64,000 bases of DNA. Source: a virus (lineage: Duplodnaviria; Caudoviricetes). The stretch covers positions 1 to 64,000 of IMG/VR virus record IMGVR_UViG_3300037423_000611; one strand, 5' to 3'. The notes beneath the pieces were generated by a model. The model was not told the origin of the DNA. It made no database searches and saw only the letters and a program-made list of their open reading frames with translations. Made by a program: the position numbers and the translations under genes. Each line of letters begins with the position of its first letter. Positions within the stretch are counted from its first letter, which is position 1. Positions 38,887 to 46,998 of the stretch are shown here, in pieces.

Positions 38887-40167
38887 TTATAAGCACACCT
38901 CTTGCTGGTTATCTAATAATTCTTTTCTAAATTGATAATAGCTTTTTAAATCTCCGTAATCATAACCAATTTGATATTGGCTACACTTTACATCTCCTGA
39001 ATCAATATCAAATTCTATCCATGAATGACCAGACTGAAAATATTTTTTCGCATAACTAATCATTTCAATTATTTTATTGTCAGATGGTAAACAATCTTTT
39101 CTTGATGTTATTGCAATTTCCTTCCACCCTCTTCGTCTCAAAGCATAGCGTCTTTCTCTTTCATATACTTCAAATTCTTCTTTTGTCTTTTGACCAAAAT
39201 GTATTGCTAACCAATGTCCCGATCCATTGTATTCAATATAAAATTTATCTTCTAGGAATGCCACATCCAATGAAGATGTAAATACTGGATAATTTATCTT
39301 TCCACTTAGTAAATTAGCTATATGTCGCTGTTGCATTGAAACAGGTGCAGTTTGGTTATTATACATTGTTTGCCTTCTTTTAGCATCAGCACATCTTTGA
39401 CATCTAGCTCCATTAAGTAAATTGTATAGAATAGTGTAATCTTCTTTTCCACACTCGCACCTATATCTCATTGCCGTGGAACTATTTATATATTCTTCTT
39501 CAGTAATTAATAACTCGCAGTTTTCATCTTTAAATAGTTCAACAACTTCTTCAAATGGTACTCTATTCTTTTCAGAAATCATTCGAAGTTTACATACGTT
39601 ACATCTTTGACCTGCTTGAAACTTATCAAATGAAGTATTCCCTTCATTTCCACAATCACATATATAATTTAACTTTTCTTTGGCGCTATTGTATGTCTTA
39701 GAAAGTAATATACAGCCACTAGATTCAAATATATTTTTAACATAATCATATGTTAACTTTAAGTTTTCACTAATCTTTTTTAGACCGCAGTTATAACACA
39801 ATCGGCCAGAAGACAGTGCCATTAAACTAATTTTATTTTTCTCTCCGCAAACACATATGAAGTCCAACAATTCTGTGCTGTTTTTGTAAGTTGTGGATAG
39901 AAGAGCGCATCCAACCTCTTCAAATCTACGCTTAACTTCATCATAAGTTAATCTTCTAATGTTCCCACACTTTACTTTCTTGCATTCTTCACACCTTTTA
40001 CCTCGTTTAAAATTATCAAAGTTTGTTGTAGATTTATTCCCACAAACACAAATATAATCAAGTATATCTTTCTGTTTTGTAAAAGAAGTGCTTAACAAAA
40101 AACATCCTTGTTCTAAAAAATAATTAAATATTTCTTCATAAGTCCAGCGCTTTCTTTTATTTTCCAC
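38887..40167 (-). CDS. Zn-ribbon-repeat Vsr/EDxHD-like endonuclease
   Basis: Four CxCG...G.(R/L)C..C repeats; LDVAF...IEYNGSGH. Confidence 0.8.
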   Translation of the reverse strand: MENKRKRWTYEEIFNYFLEQGCFLLSTSFTKQKDILDYICVCGNKSTTNFDNFKRGKRCEECKKVKCGNIRRLTYDEVKRRFEEVGCALLSTTYKNSTELLDFICVCGEKNKISLMALSSGRLCYNCGLKKISENLKLTYDYVKNIFESSGCILLSKTYNSAKEKLNYICDCGNEGNTSFDKFQAGQRCNVCKLRMISEKNRVPFEEVVELFKDENCELLITEEEYINSSTAMRYRCECGKEDYTILYNLLNGARCQRCADAKRRQTMYNNQTAPVSMQQRHIANLLSGKINYPVFTSSLDVAFLEDKFYIEYNGSGHWLAIHFGQKTKEEFEVYERERRYALRRRGWKEIAITSRKDCLPSDNKIIEMISYAKKYFQSGHSWIEFDIDSGDVKCSQYQIGYDYGDLKSYYQFRKELLDNQQEVCL

Positions 40168-40194
40168 ACCTCATCAATCCCCCTGTCAGATTGT

Positions 40195-40273
40195 TTCCTG
40201 ATATGTAAAAAGTAGAGGAGAGGGTTCAGGAATACCCTCAATCAAGGCTCGCGACTTCCTTGGTTTTCCCCTA
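40195..40273 (-). ncRNA. Structured leader RNA element C (3-way junction plus pseudoknot)
   Basis: Outer stem TAGGGGA/TCCTCTA; hairpin CAAGG-AAGTCGCGAG-CCTTG; hairpin GAGGGT-ATTCCTGA-ACCCTC with loop complementary to TCAGGAA at 40201-40195; TG-G-TAAATT upstream. Confidence 0.7.
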
Positions 40274-40401
40274 AGTAAAATTTACCACATAATTCATAAT
40301 ATGTATATATTTTTTTTAAAGATTACTAATAATTTTATATCTATAAAAAGAATCCTAACACAGTGTCCACCATTCAGGTAGACACTGAATAATACTCTTT
40401 T

Positions 40402-40746
40402 CTATTGTTCTTCATCTCTATCACTAATACTCAATATACTAGCCAATGATTTCGATACACTATGCAACATTTCAACTTTAGCATCTTTCGCACCCTGAAA
40501 ATAACCATCATAATATAATTGCGACAATACACCTAGCATTGCATCTTGTGATACATCAAATGCTTCCATAGCCTTGTAGAACGCTGCCTCTATAATTTCA
40601 TAATGGTCAACATCCGTGTATTGGTGAGTAAGTTCGTGAATCTTCATGCTTGTGCATGTGTCACATATATGTTCAAACTCACGGTCATTGTTATTAGGGA
40701 AGTTTACAATTTTATCTGACAAGGGGAGACTCCTTTTATTCATCAT
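40402..40746 (-). CDS. Hypothetical protein
   Basis: 114-aa ORF coupled to upstream gene. Confidence 0.6.
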   Translation of the reverse strand: MMNKRSLPLSDKIVNFPNNNDREFEHICDTCTSMKIHELTHQYTDVDHYEIIEAAFYKAMEAFDVSQDAMLGVLSQLYYDGYFQGAKDAKVEMLHSVSKSLASILSISDRDEEQ

Positions 40747-41020
40747 AGGTTACATGATTTTTGTTAAGCATTTCAACAGAACGTAGAATCATTGCAAGCA
40801 ACAAATCCTCTTCTACCATATTTCCTATCTCGTCCACGAGCATTTCTATTGCTCCAGTTAATTCATCTTTAAAATTCTGTTTCTTCCTTAAGTCATATAT
40901 CATCTCAACATAGTTGTCGATAAGTTGTGAATAACTGAGAGACCTACGCTTTATTGTTACAAATGTTAAATCTCTATCATCTTCATAATAAAGATCATCA
41001 TGTTCTTGACTCATAGGCAT
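40736..41020 (-). CDS. Hypothetical protein
   Basis: 94-aa ORF with SD. Confidence 0.6.
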   Translation of the reverse strand: MPMSQEHDDLYYEDDRDLTFVTIKRRSLSYSQLIDNYVEMIYDLRKKQNFKDELTGAIEMLVDEIGNMVEEDLLLAMILRSVEMLNKNHVTYDE

Positions 41021-41033
41021 TGCACCTACTTAC

Positions 41034-42251
41034 TTATTTTAGTTTTAAATCATATGTAGTAGTGATTCCTTCACCATTTTCCAAAAGCAACATTTTAACT
41101 GCTGGTTTAGCAGCCTTTTTCAATTTCATAGCATAATCGTCTACTCCACAGAATGATGGTGCTTGTATGAAATCAATATTCATATTTTCATTCATGCCAA
41201 TAGTTTTGGAATGATTGTGATGCAGATGTCCAGATACCACAAGATCAATTTTATGTCCGTATGAAATCATGTAATCTTTTAATGATTGCTCCATGTTCTT
41301 TTCATATTGCCCATGTACCATTAATGTCTTAACACCTGAAATCTCTCGATAATGGAAATTTCCACAATTATGTATGTTAATATTTTTATTATCTTTAAGC
41401 ATAGACATTAAAAACCAATTGATTACACGTTCAAAATTTTCATCGTCAAACTCACCGCGAGATGAATTTAAGGTTCTCGTTTCTGAGTGATTGCCTAAAA
41501 TAGAATAGTAGTCGATTGTCGTATACTTAGAAAGTTCGTTTAACCAATAAACCATGAAGTTTGCATATTCCATTGTTTGGTCAACTGCACCCATCTTTAA
41601 CTTTTGCAATTGACTCGCTCTAAGAATGCCATCTATCGCATCTCCAAGATTACTTAGATGTAAGTGATTCAAGTTATCTTTTTCAAGTTTAGATACAATC
41701 CAATCCAATGCTTTCCACATTCTACTTTTGAATACTTTGGGGTTGTATTCATTTATCACTTCTCCCAACAGACCTCTAACGATTTCATCTTTTCCGAAAT
41801 GTTGGTCAGCAAGAAGAACAAGAGGGGAGACATGGAGGTTTTCTTTAGTTTGTCTCCGTGATGGTGGGGTTGGTTTATCTAATTTTTCAATTGCAGAACT
41901 TAAAGATTCAAAAATTTGCTCTGAACGAGATTGTTCACGAATCCATTTATTGATTTCAGGCTTAAGCGATTGTAGTTTATAGCGTTCTTTTTGCAATTGC
42001 AGTTTTGCTTCTTCTATCTCATCAAGAATAGAGTGGTCGGCTATATTTTCTTTAATAGCTTCTTCATATCCCTCAGAATACGCATACCACCATTTGCGAT
42101 ATTTTGATTCTCCCCATTTATCACCTGTAACTTTGTTAATAAGATCAGTTATATCTTGCCAAGATATAGAGTAAGTATCCTTATTGCTACATAAGCGAAT
42201 TTTATATTGTTTAGTGTTTTCGTTTGGAAGTTTGTTTAATTGAAATTGCAT
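41034..42251 (-). CDS. Calcineurin-like metallophosphoesterase
   Basis: ADQHFG, LGDAIDG, GNHSE, VHG, GHLHH motifs. Confidence 0.88.
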   Translation of the reverse strand: MQFQLNKLPNENTKQYKIRLCSNKDTYSISWQDITDLINKVTGDKWGESKYRKWWYAYSEGYEEAIKENIADHSILDEIEEAKLQLQKERYKLQSLKPEINKWIREQSRSEQIFESLSSAIEKLDKPTPPSRRQTKENLHVSPLVLLADQHFGKDEIVRGLLGEVINEYNPKVFKSRMWKALDWIVSKLEKDNLNHLHLSNLGDAIDGILRASQLQKLKMGAVDQTMEYANFMVYWLNELSKYTTIDYYSILGNHSETRTLNSSRGEFDDENFERVINWFLMSMLKDNKNINIHNCGNFHYREISGVKTLMVHGQYEKNMEQSLKDYMISYGHKIDLVVSGHLHHNHSKTIGMNENMNIDFIQAPSFCGVDDYAMKLKKAAKPAVKMLLLENGEGITTTYDLKLK

Positions 42252-43171
42252 AATTCACTCCCTAAGATATTGTTTATATTATTAAATTCAAAGTAAGGTA
42301 TTCTTAAAAGTTGAATATTATTTTCTTTGCAATATGTATTTTTAATTTCATCATTTTCTTTTGTATAATTTAAACTTTTTTCTCCACCAAAATAATCTAC
42401 CGATTCAAAATGCTGTCTTCCATCATACTCTATTAATAGCGACAATTTATTTTTATCATCGAATATTGCAAAATCAAAAGGTAGTGGGTTTACTCTTCTG
42501 CAATCATGAATCCTATACTGTGATATATAATTTATTTTATTTTCAATTAAAAATTCCTCAATCATTACCTCTCCTCTAGATTTGATACAATTGGGGCACC
42601 TTTTGTCGCGTAAAAAATTATGAGGAGTAACAGGATACTCGTAACCACATGTAGTATGTTTCATATTCATCTTTATATTTGCTTCTATGTATTCGCCTAA
42701 AACCTGATATTCTCCATTTGTTAATTCAAAAACTTCCTTGATAAATTTTTCAGTCGTTTTTAAGGATTTATTTTTACATACCCCACATCTTCTACCTATT
42801 AAAAATTGACCAAAGTTTGTCTTTGCTTGATTACCACATGTTAGGCATTCATATACAAAAGGGGTTCCAGAATCCTTGTATTCTGATTTGATTAAGTATC
42901 CGTTATTAAATAGATAATCTTCAACAAATTCCTTAGTATATTTCGTCCTACATTCTGAATTGTAATCATTGCTACATTCTTTACATCTGTGACCTTGTTT
43001 AAAATTATCCCAAAGTTGTTCCATTATATGACCATTTGCGCATTTTAAAACTATAAATAACCTATTCCTACCGTTACTTGCTGTTTTATAAAACATGTCC
43101 AACAATGATACATTAATTCTATTATCAAATATAAATTGTTCAATATCTTGTCTTGTTTTTCTTTTTGACAC
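42236..43171 (-). CDS. Zn-ribbon-repeat Vsr/EDxHD-like endonuclease
   Basis: GTG 43171 after GAGGAGG; C..GH/CLTCG...RC..C repeats; SRGE, PLPFDF, IEYDGRQH; paralog of 6758-7516. Confidence 0.8.
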   Translation of the reverse strand: MSKRKTRQDIEQFIFDNRINVSLLDMFYKTASNGRNRLFIVLKCANGHIMEQLWDNFKQGHRCKECSNDYNSECRTKYTKEFVEDYLFNNGYLIKSEYKDSGTPFVYECLTCGNQAKTNFGQFLIGRRCGVCKNKSLKTTEKFIKEVFELTNGEYQVLGEYIEANIKMNMKHTTCGYEYPVTPHNFLRDKRCPNCIKSRGEVMIEEFLIENKINYISQYRIHDCRRVNPLPFDFAIFDDKNKLSLLIEYDGRQHFESVDYFGGEKSLNYTKENDEIKNTYCKENNIQLLRIPYFEFNNINNILGSELCNFN

Positions 43172-43192
43172 TAAATTTCCTCCTCTCAATAT

Positions 43193-43275
43193 AAAAAGAC
43201 TGATTCTATCATCACGACAGTATCAGCCTCGAAAGGAGGTAGAGGGGATATCATCACGACATGCCATACCTCTTT
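43193..43275 (-). ncRNA. Tandem-hairpin leader element D with two identical TGTCGTGATGATA motifs
   Basis: 13-mer at 43219-43207 and 43261-43249, inside hairpins AAAGAGGTA/TACCTCCTTT and AGGCTGAT/ATCAGTCT; second followed by TTTT. Confidence 0.55.
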
Positions 43276-43317
43276 ATAATTTTTCATTGGGCAATTGACT
43301 TATCATCTAATCACCTC

Positions 43318-43512
43318 TTATTCTTCGTCTGCCAAAAATTCAGAGTCATCTTCCTCAAATGCAATGGTAAATTTGACTTTCCCACCCGTATATCGGTTTA
43401 ATACTTTACGTAGGTCGTAAGTTTTTATTTCATCCTTTGTCTCTTCAACTAAAGTCATCGAGTCTTGATCCAATCTACCTGCTACGGAAAATGAATTATT
43501 TAATTTACCCAT
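43318..43512 (-). CDS. yonK: YonK-family protein
   Basis: KLNNSFSVAGRLD...EETKDEIKTYDL..L..Y.G..VKFTI resembles SPbeta YonK; ATG 43512 after GGAGG. Confidence 0.7.
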   Translation of the reverse strand: MGKLNNSFSVAGRLDQDSMTLVEETKDEIKTYDLRKVLNRYTGGKVKFTIAFEEDDSEFLADEE

Positions 43513-43590
43513 TATCCGATTCCTCCTTGTATTGTCCATACAATTTTTGATATACTATTGTCATATCAGAACATTAAATTTATGGTAATT

Positions 43591-44112
43591 TTACTTGTGA
43601 TTATCTATCGAGCCTTTTAACATTTCCACACCATTTTTAGCAACTATCTGACTGAACCACATTGGAGCAGACGTTTCATGTATTCCAGTTCCTTTTCCTC
43701 TGTGATGGAGAGGGCAGAGCACTAACAAGTTGCGAATATCATCGGGAGATTTTACAGGTTTTCCTTTTAATTTTTTACTATATCCGTAGAAGTCAATGAC
43801 TCCATCATCAAACAGTTTTTGTACTTCTATTGAGTCTGCATTCTCCCATTCTGCCCACTCCACTACAAAATGGTGTGTTTCCAAATGTTCAGAAGGTAAC
43901 TTTTCCATTCCGAGTCTATTACACACGAAACAGGGGAGTTTTAAATCATCAATCAGCAAATCATGGTTCTTTCTATATTCAGCACTCTCAGACCTGTGAG
44001 GATGAGTAGGGTACTCTAAAATTTCTACTATGGTATGTACTTGTTCGTGCGCTTCTACTTTTCTATCTTCCAAATCAATCAACCCATCTTCTGATTCTGT
44101 TCTTTTTCCCAT
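43591..44112 (-). CDS. HNH-like endonuclease/Zn protein
   Basis: PCFVC...LETHH...NLLVLCPLHH. Confidence 0.6.
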   Translation of the reverse strand: MGKRTESEDGLIDLEDRKVEAHEQVHTIVEILEYPTHPHRSESAEYRKNHDLLIDDLKLPCFVCNRLGMEKLPSEHLETHHFVVEWAEWENADSIEVQKLFDDGVIDFYGYSKKLKGKPVKSPDDIRNLLVLCPLHHRGKGTGIHETSAPMWFSQIVAKNGVEMLKGSIDNHK

Positions 44113-44218
44113 TCACTAATAACTACACCTTGGGAATCTACGCTATATGTATCCATCTCTGCTCGTCTCTCCTCTAAATAGAAAAAGGATGGATTACTCC
44201 ATCCTGCGACCATTTATT

Positions 44219-44356
44219 TTATTCTTGCGAAAATCTTGCTATGGATTTTGCGACTAGTACATGAAGTGAATTGTTTGCATCATAGTTTGATTTACCAAAA
44301 TCTACTTTGGAGATTAGTGTTACAAGTTTAAAGTTTGTGTGAGTTCCTAAAATCAT
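44219..44356 (-). CDS. Small hypothetical protein (45 aa)
   Basis: Hand-translated MILGTHTNFKLV...SQE after SD AGAGGTG. Confidence 0.4.
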   Translation of the reverse strand: MILGTHTNFKLVTLISKVDFGKSNYDANNSLHVLVAKSIARFSQE

Positions 44357-44382
44357 TAAGTTAAGCACCTCTAATATATATT

Positions 44383-45669
44383 TTACTCTAACAACTCAGC
44401 CAATGAAGCTGTGTCGCTGCGTTCAATCTTATCAAGTGTTACTTGTCCATATAACTTTTGGTCTCGAAGAATCTTCAATGCCTGAAGTCCACTATTTCTA
44501 GCAAATTTATTCCTATCAGACTGTTTCAAATCGCCATTCAACCAAAGTTGAGAACCTTTGCCAACACGACCAAGTAATAATTGTACATGTTCTGTTGTAT
44601 TATTTTGCACCTCTGTTACATAAATCAAGGAGTTCTTTATGTCTCTTCCACGTAGAGTACCTAAGTGTTGAATTTCAATCTTTCCTTGCATAAGTAAGAA
44701 TCTAAGACCCTCAAGACCTCCAACATGGTCAGCTAAAGGCATTGCAAATTCTATTAACTTCTCAATCTTATCTCCGGGCAAAAATCCAATTGGCTCAGTA
44801 TCCTTTAGTTCGATGTTATTTCTAACCCAAACAATTTTCTCGAAACCACCATGAGAAGGTGATTTATCCAATAATGCCATTGCATGAGAAATCATACAAA
44901 AGTCTTTACCGACACCAAATTTTCCAAAAGCACTCTTCACTGTAATGTCTTTATTTTGTAGCATATCAAACATTGCTTCTTGTTTGACATTAATTGGCTT
45001 TACAGTTTCACTTAAGAATCCGCTAGATAAATTTTTATATTTTAACCTTGTAAGTTTATTTCCATCCCATTTAAAAGGTTTTTCCAATGGTTCATAACCT
45101 GTATGTTTTCCATCTTCGTTGTATGTAGGTTTTGTCAAATCCCATATCACCAAATACTCATTGGTGGCTAACTTTTGAGAATTATACTCTGGAACCTCAT
45201 ATAAGTCTGCTAGGATTTGTTGATGCTCTGTATTGTTTTTGTCTAGGTATATATCTTTAATTCCTAGATAACCGTTATCTACAGTTCGAGTATCTAAGTT
45301 GACAATATCAATATCAACATTCATTTCTTTTTGTAACCATTTACATTTTTGTTTAAGAAGTTTATCATATGTAATTACACCATAGCCATTGTCATAAATG
45401 GCCTGTAGTAGTTTGTTGTCTACGTATGAGTCATCAAAATCACTACTCAAAGTACACTTATAATCTTTTAAATCATATTTAATTTTATCTTCATGTGTTT
45501 CAAGATAATCAGTTGCTCTACGAGCGAGAAATGCCAAAGCACCATCTCTACCTGATTTATGCTTTTCGAGTTCTCGAATTACATGAGAGGTAATAACAAT
45601 ATTGTAGTTATGAAGAATATCTAAATTGTCGATCAAAACATTTGTGTCCACCAAATAATACTGTGACAT
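44383..45669 (-). CDS. phoH: PIN domain plus PhoH-like ATPase
   Basis: YLVDTNV, VIRELE, DNKLL PIN motifs; GKFGVGKD, LRGRD, EVQN, LGRVG, GD..QSD PhoH motifs. Confidence 0.88.
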   Translation of the reverse strand: MSQYYLVDTNVLIDNLDILHNYNIVITSHVIRELEKHKSGRDGALAFLARRATDYLETHEDKIKYDLKDYKCTLSSDFDDSYVDNKLLQAIYDNGYGVITYDKLLKQKCKWLQKEMNVDIDIVNLDTRTVDNGYLGIKDIYLDKNNTEHQQILADLYEVPEYNSQKLATNEYLVIWDLTKPTYNEDGKHTGYEPLEKPFKWDGNKLTRLKYKNLSSGFLSETVKPINVKQEAMFDMLQNKDITVKSAFGKFGVGKDFCMISHAMALLDKSPSHGGFEKIVWVRNNIELKDTEPIGFLPGDKIEKLIEFAMPLADHVGGLEGLRFLLMQGKIEIQHLGTLRGRDIKNSLIYVTEVQNNTTEHVQLLLGRVGKGSQLWLNGDLKQSDRNKFARNSGLQALKILRDQKLYGQVTLDKIERSDTASLAELLE

Positions 45670-45830
45670 GGGGAATACCTCATTTCGATGGGGTAGAATA
45701 GAGGGGGACAATTAAAATGGTTATCCTCCTATTTGCTGTATTCTGTCGGGTCGAACTCTCCAGTTTTTCATGACGACAGATAAAAATAAAGAGGCTCACT
45801 GTTTAGCAAGCCTCTATTTCGATATATCAA

Positions 45831-46124
45831 TTATTTAACTGCTTCTTTAAGCCCTTTACCTGCTGTGAATGCTGGTTTTAAACTAGCCAAAATATCGATT
45901 TCTTCACCTGTCTGAGGATTCCTTCCCTTACGAGCAGCACGTTCTTTTACCTCGAAATTCCCGAATCCAATTAGAGTGATTTTCTCTTTACTTTTTAGCG
46001 CAGTAGGGATGATACCAAGATTTTCAGGATCTACAGAAATTAAAGCGTCAATAATCTCACCAGACTGTTTCTTAGTGATTCCAACTTTCTCAGCAAGTTG
46101 ATTTACAAGATCCGTTTTTGTCAT
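45831..46124 (-). CDS. hup: HU-family DNA-binding protein
   Basis: [24 protein letters not shown] signature. Confidence 0.95.
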   Translation of the reverse strand: MTKTDLVNQLAEKVGITKKQSGEIIDALISVDPENLGIIPTALKSKEKITLIGFGNFEVKERAARKGRNPQTGEEIDILASLKPAFTAGKGLKEAVK

Positions 46125-46275
46125 TTTATAATTTCTCCTTTAAATATAAATTGATATTTTATTTTTATAAAGCAAGAACCTTGTTCAAGCCTTATTTTAT
46201 CTTTCTTCCATAATCAAAAATAGACTCAATCATTCATAAACATAGAATTACCAAGGCTTTTAACGATTATCTATT

Positions 46276-46998
46276 TCAAACATTATTTTTATTTCTATTT
46301 TCAATCGTTTTCCGTATGTTTTCTACTCTGGCACACTCTTTGCAAAATCTTTTTTTATTGTTTGTTTGTTTAATCGCCTTATTGCAAGTTTCACATTTTG
46401 AATACCCGTCTTCGCCAACACACAACAAGTATTCGTAAATAAATTCATCGAAGTCTTTTATAATGATTGTAGGTTTGCCTTTTTTATCAGCGAACTTAAC
46501 CCACCGTTTACTTCCCATTGTTATATCAATTAATTCTTTAGAAGTTAGTGATTGCAGTAATTCTAATTTAGTCTTTGAGTTCAAATTCAACTTACACAAT
46601 CTATATAAGTCTTCGATGCTAATTTCAAATTTTTTATATCCATAAAACTTATACAATACCAATAACACAAAGGCGACCTTTTGTTCATTTAATTTCTCTA
46701 ATGATTTGATGCAATATATTTCTTTTTCTGTGATTTGAACTTCTCTTCCTGTAATCAGTTTCCCGTTATATGCAGTGTTAATTGTTTTATTGATTATTTT
46801 ATACCATTCATCTTTGTTGAAATGTTCATCAAATTTCTCACAGAATTTTACTACACATTCCTTAACTTCATCTTTAGTTTTTCCTTCGGCAAAATAATAC
46901 TTAGATAATACATATAACTCAAATACGTTCTTATGTTTGGTTAGATATCCTTTTTTCAACATCTCTTCAGCATACTTTTTCTCGTCAAATATGATCAA
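46276..46998 (-). CDS. Conserved hypothetical protein with C-terminal Zn ribbon, coupled to the RNAP gene
   Basis: 4-nt overlap with RNAP stop; CETC...RFCKEC. Confidence 0.65.
   Translation of the reverse strand: MIIFDEKKYAEEMLKKGYLTKHKNVFELYVLSKYYFAEGKTKDEVKECVVKFCEKFDEHFNKDEWYKIINKTINTAYNGKLITGREVQITEKEIYCIKSLEKLNEQKVAFVLLVLYKFYGYKKFEISIEDLYRLCKLNLNSKTKLELLQSLTSKELIDITMGSKRWVKFADKKGKPTIIIKDFDEFIYEYLLCVGEDGYSKCETCNKAIKQTNNKKRFCKECARVENIRKTIENRNKNNV

Noticed and set aside
31415-40189. Shared GACAGGGGGATT 12-mer near the capsid terminator and before the 38887-40167 nuclease
   Set aside because: Explained by a hairpin arm in one place and an SD in the other; likely coincidence
43193-43275. 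TIGR-like or box C/D guide array
   Set aside because: Only two units and no Nop-domain protein in the window
45735-45785. tRNA-like T-loop (GAGTTCGACCC)
   Set aside because: No acceptor, D or anticodon arms can be built; not called a tRNA
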